A stretch of 64,000 bases of DNA from an uncultured Alphaproteobacteria bacterium (lineage in GTDB: Bacteria; Pseudomonadota; Alphaproteobacteria; RF32; CAG-239): assembly GCA_944392265.1 (NCBI GenBank), contig CALXWC010000002.1, positions 17,729-81,728 of the forward strand. The letters run 5' to 3'. Under the pieces are notes generated by a model. The model was not told the origin of the DNA. It saw only the letters and a list, made by a program, of their open reading frames with translations, and ran no database searches. Shown piece after piece: positions 35,954 to 43,830 of the stretch. Both the position numbers and the translations under genes were made by a program. The number at the start of each line of letters is the position of its first letter. The stretch's first letter is position 1.

Positions 35954-36523
35954 ATGAATAATGATATTTTATGGATAATTGTTGCCGTTGTTGTTGTCGG
36001 CTTTTATTTAATTTATGTTTCTTTAATCAAGAAGAAAAACAGATTAAAAGAATCTGCTTCCGGCATTGATGTTCAACTTAAAAAACGCTATGACCTCATC
36101 CCTAACCTGATGACCATGGCTGCTAAATACATGGAACATGAAAAATCCATGATGGAAGAAATTGCTCGTTTGCGTAGCGAATCCATGAACGTGAACTTTA
36201 TGACCGATCCTAATAAAAAAATTGAATTGGAAAATTTACTTTCTTCTAAAATGCAAGACTTTAAACTTTCTGCAGAAAACTATCCTGATATGAAATCTAA
36301 TCAAGCTTTGATGAATGCAATGGAAAGTTTAAACAGCGTAGAAGAACATATTGCAGCTGCTCGTCGTTTTTATAACGCAAATGTTACAGATTTGAAAAAC
36401 GCCGTAGAAATTTTCCCAAGTTCTTTGGTTGCTAAAATGATTGGCGTTAAAGACGAAATGCCTTACTTTGAAGCTGAAGAACCTGCTAAAAAATCTATTA
36501 ATGCTCAAGACTTTTTTAAGTAG
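35954..36523 (+). CDS. lemA: LemA family protein
   Basis: N-terminal TM, then ...QLKKRYDLIPNL......YMEHEK.......R......YPDMKSNQ......E......E..I..AR..YN LemA signature. Start set at the ATG after GGGAG. Confidence 0.9.
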   Translation: MNNDILWIIVAVVVVGFYLIYVSLIKKKNRLKESASGIDVQLKKRYDLIPNLMTMAAKYMEHEKSMMEEIARLRSESMNVNFMTDPNKKIELENLLSSKMQDFKLSAENYPDMKSNQALMNAMESLNSVEEHIAAARRFYNANVTDLKNAVEIFPSSLVAKMIGVKDEMPYFEAEEPAKKSINAQDFFK

Positions 36524-36529
36524 GGTCTC

Positions 36530-37522
36530 ATGGAAAATCGTAGTATTGAAGAATTAAAGGCCGGATTTGAGCGCTTTTATACGGAAAATCTTTTGCCGAT
36601 TGCGCAAGTTACCGAGAATATCAGAAAAAAATATTTGCGCTATTTTATTATCGGTTGTTGCGCCGCATTTATAGCCATTCCGGCCGTTTTCTTTTGGATT
36701 TTAGAAAGAAAAGAACAAATTCAAGAGCAAATGGGACAAAATGACTGGATTTCTTCAAACGCTTATATGATTATTTTAATCATTCTTGCGATTGCCGGTT
36801 CTCCTTTGTATCTTTATCGCAGAAAATCTAAAAACCAATTGATGCCTGAGCTTATTAAATATTTTAATGGCTTTTCTTATCAATTTGAGGGAACGATTAA
36901 TTCTGCCATTATTGATAAATCTCGTTTGATTGGTGATTATAATACACATTCAGGCGATGATTATTTTTCCGGTACATATAAAAATGTGGAAATGGTGGTA
37001 TCTGAAGAAGAATTTTCAACGGTTACCTACACTCACTCTGACGGAAAAACCAAAAAGCACCGTTCTGTGACTTTTGACGGAATTATTGTCTTGTTATCTT
37101 TGAATAAAGATTTTTCAGGACAAACGGTTGTTTTTCAAGATAAGGGGGTTTTGAATAAGTTTGTTTCTTGGAACAGAAATCTTTCCGGCATGGAAAATAT
37201 CCGCCTTGAAGATAGCCTGTTTGAAAAAGAATTTGAAGCATATGGTTCTAACCAAGTGGAAGCACGTTACCTTTTAACAACTGCTTTTATGGAAAGAATG
37301 CTCAAATTAAGAGAGGCTTATAAAGCCAACCGCATTGAGTTCAGCTTTTTTGATAACAGACTTTTTATCACGCTGGCAACAAAAACAAATATGTTTGAAG
37401 CAACATCTTTGTTCAAAAGTTGCCTTGACCGCAAATTGGTTGATGATACCTTTAATCAGTTTCTCTCGATTATGGCAATTATCGATATTTTAAAACTGGA
37501 TAAAATCCAATATACGGGCTAA
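36530..37522 (+). CDS. Membrane protein commonly paired with LemA (DUF3137-like)
   Basis: Six nt downstream of lemA; two TM helices followed by a globular domain. The family assignment is from memory of lemA neighbourhoods and is not verified. Confidence 0.6.
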   Translation: MENRSIEELKAGFERFYTENLLPIAQVTENIRKKYLRYFIIGCCAAFIAIPAVFFWILERKEQIQEQMGQNDWISSNAYMIILIILAIAGSPLYLYRRKSKNQLMPELIKYFNGFSYQFEGTINSAIIDKSRLIGDYNTHSGDDYFSGTYKNVEMVVSEEEFSTVTYTHSDGKTKKHRSVTFDGIIVLLSLNKDFSGQTVVFQDKGVLNKFVSWNRNLSGMENIRLEDSLFEKEFEAYGSNQVEARYLLTTAFMERMLKLREAYKANRIEFSFFDNRLFITLATKTNMFEATSLFKSCLDRKLVDDTFNQFLSIMAIIDILKLDKIQYTG

Positions 37523-37530
37523 TAAAAAAA

Positions 37531-37558
37531 TTGACAAAGTCTTTTAACCTGATATCTT
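37531..37558 (+). promoter_or_regulatory. Putative sigma70 promoter
   Basis: TTGACA-N16-TATCTT, about 35 nt upstream of the ATG at 37594. Confidence 0.35.
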
Positions 37559-37593
37559 CGCGTAATAAATTTTATTATTCACTTTAAATTTTT

Positions 37594-38148
37594 ATGCTTA
37601 TGAATTGGGTTAAAAGACTTTTCTTTAAGTCAACCGAACAAGAAAACTCCAAAATTGATGATTTTCAAAAGCCTAATGCTTATCGTCCGTTAGTTACCAT
37701 GGAACAGCCTATTATTCATCCTTGCGATTTTTTGGATGAATTGATTGTTCGCATTGCTCTTCTGGAAAAAAAGCCGGTATCTGTCTCCTCAACAGAGGTT
37801 AAACTTTATAATCTCTCAGAGGTTGAAAACGGAAAGTTTATCGGTAGCTTTTATGCCTTATTCCGGAATGGAATTTATTATGGCAATATCGTCGGCGAAA
37901 AAGAACTTATCGCTTGTCATCCTCAAGCTTTTCGATTTGAAGAAACAAATAATCTTTTTGTTCCGTTGGGCGGTAAAAAAGGTGTTATTTATGCTCTGAT
38001 TTGCGATTATGCTTGCGAAAACGGAACCATAAAACCTCTACGCTTTATTCAAACGGATTCTGAGCGCAAAAACGATAAAGTTTTGCATTGTTTTGAAAAA
38101 GGTACAACACTTCATTGTGCGTTGAATTATTGCTTTAAAAAGTTCTAA
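37594..38148 (+). CDS. Hypothetical protein (184 aa)
   Basis: ORF with a candidate promoter upstream and a strong terminator downstream. Confidence 0.55.
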   Translation: MLMNWVKRLFFKSTEQENSKIDDFQKPNAYRPLVTMEQPIIHPCDFLDELIVRIALLEKKPVSVSSTEVKLYNLSEVENGKFIGSFYALFRNGIYYGNIVGEKELIACHPQAFRFEETNNLFVPLGGKKGVIYALICDYACENGTIKPLRFIQTDSERKNDKVLHCFEKGTTLHCALNYCFKKF

Positions 38149-38153
38149 AAATT

Positions 38154-38191
38154 AAAACAGCTTGCGAAAGCATCACGCAAGCTGTTTTTTT
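38154..38191. terminator. Bidirectional rho-independent terminator
   Basis: acagcttgcg-N9-cgcaagctgt hairpin flanked by A- and T-runs. Confidence 0.85.
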
Positions 38192-38894
38192 ATATCTCAA
38201 ATGTGTTTTTATTATTTAATATTTGCTGCTTTTGAAGGTAGTAAGATTGCACTTTTGCTAATGTTTGGGCATAATTTTTTTCTAAATTTTCTTTGCTCAA
38301 AAATTTATCTATAGTCTTATCTCCAACAGAATTATGGTCATCAAAATCCAAAACTTCCGCGCAAATTTTGCTCACCAATCTTTCTTTTGCCAAATGCGGT
38401 AATTGATATTTTTTCACATCATCTTCCACACAAATATGGGTGAACTCATGCGTAATTATTAGCGGTAAAAAATTTGCTGTCATACACTGAGGGCTCAATG
38501 TAATTTCATTGTTCTCAGCATTATAAAAACCACCGCTCATTGCCCCTGATAAATTGATGGTTAGTTTTTTGGGATGTTTTATCGGCAACTTTTGTAATAT
38601 CTCATTTTTTTCCAGCACAAAAGGAATGGCTTTTTCTTCTATTATCTTTTTAGTTTCTTCTAACTTTTCTTTATTATAAATTTTTGTTTTGAAAAAAGTT
38701 TCAATCTCTTTTAACTCTTCCTTACTCAAATTTGGTTTAGAAAATTTTTCTAATAAATAAGGATGATAAAAAAAACTCTCTGCCGGATAAAATTTGGCGT
38801 ATTTTTGATGATAGCTAAAATAAACATTCAACTGATGTTGCCAACTTTCCTGTTCATCCCATATTTTAACCGCAATTTTCATATTTTTCTCCAT
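38190..38894 (-). CDS. Hypothetical protein with an HExxH motif (putative zinc metallopeptidase)
   Basis: LIITHEFTHICVEDD contains HEFTH. No signal peptide. The start could instead be the internal MKIAVK. Confidence 0.55.
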   Translation of the reverse strand: MEKNMKIAVKIWDEQESWQHQLNVYFSYHQKYAKFYPAESFFYHPYLLEKFSKPNLSKEELKEIETFFKTKIYNKEKLEETKKIIEEKAIPFVLEKNEILQKLPIKHPKKLTINLSGAMSGGFYNAENNEITLSPQCMTANFLPLIITHEFTHICVEDDVKKYQLPHLAKERLVSKICAEVLDFDDHNSVGDKTIDKFLSKENLEKNYAQTLAKVQSYYLQKQQILNNKNTFEI

Positions 38895-38989
38895 TACATA
38901 AGAATAAAATATTTTTCTTTATCTTGCTAGAGTTTTTTAACCAATGGCTTTTATAATCAAATTAATTAAACTTAAATGGAGGGAAAATT

Positions 38990-39910
38990 ATGAAAGTTGG
39001 AATTATCGGTGCCGGATTTGTCGGAAGCACAACTGCTTATACACTCGTCTTAAAAGCTTTGGCTAATGAAATTGTTTTGGTAGACTTGAATGAAGCTAAA
39101 GCTGAAGCTGAGGCTTTGGATGTTTTGCATGCTGCTGCTCTTACCAGCCCTTGTAAGGTTTATTTCGGTGGCTATGAAAACCTACAAGACGCCAATATTG
39201 TTGTGATTACCGTTGATGCGCAAAAATCTCTTAACGGTGACAGATTAGAGCTTTTAGACAGCAACAAAGCCATTATGAAAAAAATTGTTCCTGAAATTGT
39301 GAAATATGCACCTAACTCAATTATCGTTATTGCCACAAATCCCGTTGATATCATTACAAAAATCACGCTTGAAATGTCTCAATTTCCCAAAGAGCGTGTT
39401 ATTGGCTCCGGCACTGTTTTAGACACGGCTCGTTTTCGCGCCATTTTAGCTGAAGAGCTCAAAGTTGCTCCCCACTCTATCCACGCTTATGTTATGGGTG
39501 AACACGGCAACTCTTCTTTGCCTTCTTGGTCTACGGCAACGGTTGGCGGAGAAAAAATTCTGTCTTATGCGAAAAGAATCGGAAAACCGATTTCTGAAGA
39601 AAGACAAAAAGAAATTGAAGCTGAGGTAATTGATTCCGGATTTAAAATCTATCGCGGGAAAAAAGCCACCTATTATGGTATTGCTGCCTCTTTAACCAAA
39701 ATCATTGAAGCTATTGTGAAAAACCAAAAAGCAGATTTGACCGTATCCACTTTGCAAGACGATGTTTACGGTGTGAAAAATATTTGCTTATCTTTGCCCA
39801 CCATTATTGATAAAACCGGAGCACATCAGTCTTTGCTTCCGGATTTATCAAGTGAAGAAGCTTGGGCTTTGAAGAATAGCGCGCAGGTAATGGAAAAATA
39901 CAGTAAATAA
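38990..39910 (+). CDS. ldh: L-lactate dehydrogenase (LDH/MDH superfamily, Gln at the specificity position)
   Basis: MKVGIIGAGFVGST...DL......G...D; ...DAQK...GDRLELL (Q rather than R, which favours LDH); IATNPVD; GSGTVLDTARFR; GEHG. Confidence 0.85.
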   Translation: MKVGIIGAGFVGSTTAYTLVLKALANEIVLVDLNEAKAEAEALDVLHAAALTSPCKVYFGGYENLQDANIVVITVDAQKSLNGDRLELLDSNKAIMKKIVPEIVKYAPNSIIVIATNPVDIITKITLEMSQFPKERVIGSGTVLDTARFRAILAEELKVAPHSIHAYVMGEHGNSSLPSWSTATVGGEKILSYAKRIGKPISEERQKEIEAEVIDSGFKIYRGKKATYYGIAASLTKIIEAIVKNQKADLTVSTLQDDVYGVKNICLSLPTIIDKTGAHQSLLPDLSSEEAWALKNSAQVMEKYSK

Positions 39911-39916
39911 TTTATA

Positions 39917-39944
39917 TTGACAAATTCCATCTATAACCTATTTT
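39917..39944 (+). promoter_or_regulatory. Putative sigma70 promoter for the small ORF at 39991
   Basis: TTGACA-N16-TATTTT immediately after the ldh stop. Confidence 0.35.
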
Positions 39945-39990
39945 AAAAACATAGCTTTTTATATATTTGTTTAATTAAATTATAATTATT

Positions 39991-40311
39991 ATGGGAAAGA
40001 GAATTGTAAACGTCTTTCAGGCACAGCATGCTTTGAGAGATTCCGGATTGCTTAACGCTCAAGGTATGGCAAATTATATGCCTCAGCTTGTGAAGGTTAA
40101 AAGCAACGGAGGATGGAGATTTTTGTTTTATTGGTGTTGGGGAAACTTCTCTTATGATCCAATCAAGCAATTTTGCGGATGTTCCGGAAGCTCCAGAAAA
40201 CAACAAGATTTTGAAAACTTGTTTTATGAAGTTGCCAAAGTCGGCGATTGTAATGACAAGGCCAGAATCATAGATTTCAAAGGTTATCCAGCCATTGAAA
40301 TTGAAGAATAA
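39991..40311 (+). CDS. Hypothetical small Cys/Trp-containing protein (106 aa)
   Basis: Preferred over the antisense ORF 39943-40314 because of the upstream promoter-like element and the downstream terminator. No SD. Confidence 0.4.
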   Translation: MGKRIVNVFQAQHALRDSGLLNAQGMANYMPQLVKVKSNGGWRFLFYWCWGNFSYDPIKQFCGCSGSSRKQQDFENLFYEVAKVGDCNDKARIIDFKGYPAIEIEE

Positions 40312-40312
40312 C

Positions 40313-40351
40313 AAAAAAAGAAGTTCCTCTTTACAAGGAACTTCTTTTTTT
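40313..40351. terminator. Bidirectional rho-independent terminator
   Basis: gaagttcct-N7-aggaacttc hairpin flanked by A- and T-runs; serves nrdG on the minus strand. Confidence 0.85.
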
Positions 40352-40352
40352 G

Positions 40353-41054
40353 TTATTGGCGCGCTTCAAAAATCTCAAATGCTGATTTAAGATACGCTAA
40401 TAATTCTTTATCTTCAAAAAACTTTTCACATTCGCTATCCGGCGTGTTATCACCTTCAACTTGGCGATAGCGCTGAAGATAATATTCTTTCACACCTTTG
40501 GCTTTGAGCTCATCGGCAATTGTATAAATATCTTTGACGCTCAAAACTCTTGGGTCGCAGGTTGTGCGGCACTCAAAATGTTTGCCGCTTTTTATTAACA
40601 TATCCAAGCTTTTCATCGCTTTTTCAAAATGATTAATTCCACCGACCGCTTTTGTATAATGCTCGGCATTTAACGGTGCCTTAATATCAAATCCGACCCA
40701 GTCTAATAACGGCAAAACTTTTTCAAAATGCTCTGGGCGATATCCTCCTGTATGCATACCGATTTTATAGCCCATGTCTTTAACTTCTTTGATATAATCT
40801 ATCAAACAATCTTGAACCAAAGGCTCTCCACCGCTAAAAACAACCGCATCCAATATGCCTTTTCTGCTTTTCAAAAACTCAGCAAACTTTTCCCAAATAA
40901 AATTGGTTTCAGCACCTATTTTTTGCAAAGCTTTATTATGGCAAAAAGGACAACGCCACGGACAGCCCTGCATAAAGACAACAGCGGCCATCATATTTGG
41001 AAAATCGACGGTGCTGAAGGTCTCAACACCGCCGATTTTTATATTGTCTTGCAT
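40353..41054 (-). CDS. nrdG: Anaerobic ribonucleoside-triphosphate reductase activating protein (radical SAM)
   Basis: STVDFPNMMAAVVFMQGCPWRCPFCHN (CxxxCxxC cluster), ...SGGEP...; GGAG SD; lies downstream of nrdD. Confidence 0.9.
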   Translation of the reverse strand: MQDNIKIGGVETFSTVDFPNMMAAVVFMQGCPWRCPFCHNKALQKIGAETNFIWEKFAEFLKSRKGILDAVVFSGGEPLVQDCLIDYIKEVKDMGYKIGMHTGGYRPEHFEKVLPLLDWVGFDIKAPLNAEHYTKAVGGINHFEKAMKSLDMLIKSGKHFECRTTCDPRVLSVKDIYTIADELKAKGVKEYYLQRYRQVEGDNTPDSECEKFFEDKELLAYLKSAFEIFEARQ

Positions 41055-41069
41055 TATGCTCCGATAATA

Positions 41070-41282
41070 CTATTCAGCTGCAATGGCTGTATAATCTTCT
41101 CTGGCTTCCATACCTGCGATAGCTTTGCTTTCAGAAAAGCATACTCTTGTATAGAATTCTGATTTTTTACCTTTGTTGAATTCGGATACCGGACGCAAAT
41201 AACCCATAACTCTGGTCCAAACTTCGCAAGGTTGTCTTTCTTCATCACTTAATCTAACATCATCAATATTAATTGTAGTCAT
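41070..41282 (-). CDS. Stand-alone glycyl-radical domain of class III RNR (70 aa)
   Basis: Contains CEVWTRVMGYLRPVSEFNKGKKSEF, the RVxGY...N.GK..E glycyl-radical motif normally at the NrdD C-terminus. Has its own GGAGA SD 7 nt upstream of the ATG. Confidence 0.8.
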   Translation of the reverse strand: MTTINIDDVRLSDEERQPCEVWTRVMGYLRPVSEFNKGKKSEFYTRVCFSESKAIAGMEAREDYTAIAAE

Positions 41283-41317
41283 GCTAATATCTCCATTTCT
41301 AATAAGAATTAATTACT

Positions 41318-43375
41318 TTATGCAACTTCTTTTCTGTTAGCTGCGGCTTTTCTTTTTTCTGCCATCTTTTCTTCATCACAGATTGGGCAGTATTTATGTT
41401 CTCCAGAGATATATCCGTGTTTTGGACACACAGAGAAAGTTGGAGTTATGGTAATGTATGGCAAGCGGTAATTGGTTAAAACTTTTCTTACCAAATCGCG
41501 GCAAACTTTTGCTGATGATAATTTTTGTCCCATGTAAAGGTGCAAAACGGTACCACCAGTGTATTTTGTTTGCAAACGAGCTTGTAAATCCAATGCCTCG
41601 AAAGGATCATCCGTAAAGCCAACAGGCAATTGAGATGAGTTGGTATAGTACGGATTTTCTTTTGTTCCGGCTTGAATAATATTTGGGAAGCGTTTTTTAT
41701 CTTCACGAGCAAAGCGGTATGTCGCACTTTCTGCCGGAGTAGCTTCCAAATTGTACATATGTCCGGTTTCTTCTTGAATTTTAACCATATTATTGCGGAT
41801 GTAATCCAAGAATTTTTCGGCAAAATCTTGTCCCCATGGGGTAGAAATGTTTTCTTTTCCGTCAGTGAAGTTCAATATCATTTCATTGATACCGTTTACA
41901 CCAATTGTAGAAAAGTGGTTACGCAATGTACCTAAATAACGTTTAGTGTATGGGTACAAACCATTGTCAATTAAACGTTGGATAACTTTGCGTTTGATTT
42001 CAAGTGAAGTGCGGGCAATGTTCATCAATTCATCAACACGAGCAAACAAACCTGCTTCATTGCCTTTATAAACATAACCTAAACGTGCACAGTTAAAGGT
42101 TACAACACCGATAGAACCTGTTTGTTCTGCTGAACCGAACAAACCGTTACCTCTTGCCAACAATTCACGCAAGTCAAGTTGCAAACGGCAGCACATTGAA
42201 CGAATTTGTCCCGGTTTTAATACAGAATTGATAAAGTTTTGGAAATAAGGCAAGCCGTATTTAGCTGTCATTTCAAACAACAATTCTGTGTTTTCGTCTT
42301 CCCAAGGGAAATCCGGTGTCATGTTGTATGTCGGAATTGGGAATGTGAACGGACGACCTTTAATATCACCTTTCATCATAACTTTGATGTAGGCTTTATT
42401 AATCATGTGCATTTCTTCTTTCAAATCACCATAGGTGAATTCTTGCTCAACACCGGCAATAATCGGGTGTTTGTCACGCAAATCATCAGGGCATACCCAG
42501 TCAAATGTAAAGTTGGTAAACGGTGTTTGTGAACCCCAACGAGAAGGAACGTTCAAATTGTATACGAGCTCTTGAAATGCTTGTTCAACTTGGTCATATG
42601 TTAATTTGTCTACGCGGACATACGGAGCCAAATATGTATCTACTGATGAGAAAGCTTGAGCACCTGCCCATTCATTTTGCAATGTGCCCATGAAGTTAAC
42701 CATTTGGCCGATTGCAGCAGATAAGTGTTTTGCAGGACCAGCTTCAGCTTTACCCGGAACACCGTTGAAACCTTCATGGAGCAAGTTTTTCAAAGACCAA
42801 CCAGCACAATATGCAGCCAACATATCCAAATCGTGAATGTGGATATCACCGTTGCGGTGAGCTTCGCCAACATTTGCCGGATAAACATGGCTTAACCAAT
42901 AGTTTGCGGTAACTTTACCGGAAACGTTCAAAATCAAACCACCGTTTGAATAACCTTGGTTTGCGTTTGCATTAACACGCCAGTCTAATTTTTCCAAATA
43001 TTCATTAATAGAGCTTTCAACATCAACCATTACTTTTTTATCTGAACGCATACGGTTGCGTTGGTCACGGTACAAGATGTAAGCTTTTGCAGTAGCAAAA
43101 TAGTTTGCAGAAATCAAAACTTGTTCAACAACATCTTGGATTTGTTCAATTGAAGGTAAGCTTTCTGAAAATTTGTGCTTCAAAACCTTCATAACTTGGG
43201 CTGTCAGCAACCAGCTTTCTTCTTCACCAAACTCATTGGTAGTTTGTCCGGCTTTCAAAATCGCATTATAAATTTTTGTATTATCAAAAGGCGCCAATGT
43301 ACCATCTCTTTTGGTTACATTTTCAAACGGCGTATTTTCATTTTCTATTGATGATTTTAACTCAGTTTCTGACAT
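41318..43375 (-). CDS. nrdD: Anaerobic ribonucleoside-triphosphate reductase, large catalytic chain lacking the glycyl-radical tail
   Basis: ATP-cone VTKRDGTLAPFDNTKIYNAI; SMCCRLQLD active-site region; C-terminal Zn-ribbon-like CPKHGY...YCPIC. The ORF ends 18 aa later. Confidence 0.92.
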   Translation of the reverse strand: MSETELKSSIENENTPFENVTKRDGTLAPFDNTKIYNAILKAGQTTNEFGEEESWLLTAQVMKVLKHKFSESLPSIEQIQDVVEQVLISANYFATAKAYILYRDQRNRMRSDKKVMVDVESSINEYLEKLDWRVNANANQGYSNGGLILNVSGKVTANYWLSHVYPANVGEAHRNGDIHIHDLDMLAAYCAGWSLKNLLHEGFNGVPGKAEAGPAKHLSAAIGQMVNFMGTLQNEWAGAQAFSSVDTYLAPYVRVDKLTYDQVEQAFQELVYNLNVPSRWGSQTPFTNFTFDWVCPDDLRDKHPIIAGVEQEFTYGDLKEEMHMINKAYIKVMMKGDIKGRPFTFPIPTYNMTPDFPWEDENTELLFEMTAKYGLPYFQNFINSVLKPGQIRSMCCRLQLDLRELLARGNGLFGSAEQTGSIGVVTFNCARLGYVYKGNEAGLFARVDELMNIARTSLEIKRKVIQRLIDNGLYPYTKRYLGTLRNHFSTIGVNGINEMILNFTDGKENISTPWGQDFAEKFLDYIRNNMVKIQEETGHMYNLEATPAESATYRFAREDKKRFPNIIQAGTKENPYYTNSSQLPVGFTDDPFEALDLQARLQTKYTGGTVLHLYMGQKLSSAKVCRDLVRKVLTNYRLPYITITPTFSVCPKHGYISGEHKYCPICDEEKMAEKRKAAANRKEVA

Positions 43376-43415
43376 TTCTACCCTTGACCCCTTAATTAAT
43401 GTCTTTACAGAAAGA

Positions 43416-43461
43416 ATACTACATATTGTGTTAAAAAAAAGTAAATCGCAAAATATGGTGT
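43416..43461 (-). promoter_or_regulatory. Two candidate NrdR boxes upstream of nrdD
   Basis: 43416-43431 (revcomp acacaatatgtagtat) matches 14/16 and 43446-43461 (tcgcaaaatatggtgt) matches 12/16 against acaCwAtATaTwGtgt. Centres are 30 bp apart. Confidence 0.45.
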
Positions 43462-43830
43462 TTATTTTTTTATTTAAATAAAAATATTGCTTTATTACTT
43501 CTGGCTCAATATTGCTTTATGATCTTCCATATCTCAAGCAATTTAATTTTAATATTTGGGCAAATTTCTCTATCCTATTAAATTTATTAGATAAAAATTT
43601 TTTTTACTTGTAGATAACATTCTTAATAACTTTTTTATATTTTTTTTAATTCTTAAAATTGTGTCAAAATACACAAAAATAGCAACTAATAGACGCATTT
43701 TTGTCACGACTCTGTTTAAGATAATATACAAAATTTGGTAGGATTCGAATCTGTTAATCACAATATATTGTATATATTTCTTTATACACAAAACAAAATA
43801 AAAGGCCCTTAAAAAAGAGCCTTTTATTTT

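Noticed and set aside
39943-40314. 123-aa minus-strand ORF antisense to the 39991-40311 ORF.
   Set aside because: It would have to start inside the bidirectional terminator and has no promoter or SD. The plus-strand ORF has better flanking signals, although neither is certain.
41054-41248. Alternative 64-aa minus-strand ORF overlapping the nrdD-tail region.
   Set aside because: The other frame (41070-41282) encodes the recognisable glycyl-radical motif and has an SD. This frame has no features.
43570-43791. 73-aa minus-strand ORF in the 455-bp nrdD upstream spacer.
   Set aside because: The sequence is extremely AT-rich and the translation is Ile/Lys/Asn/Phe-dominated. There is no SD. It is most likely a chance ORF in intergenic DNA.
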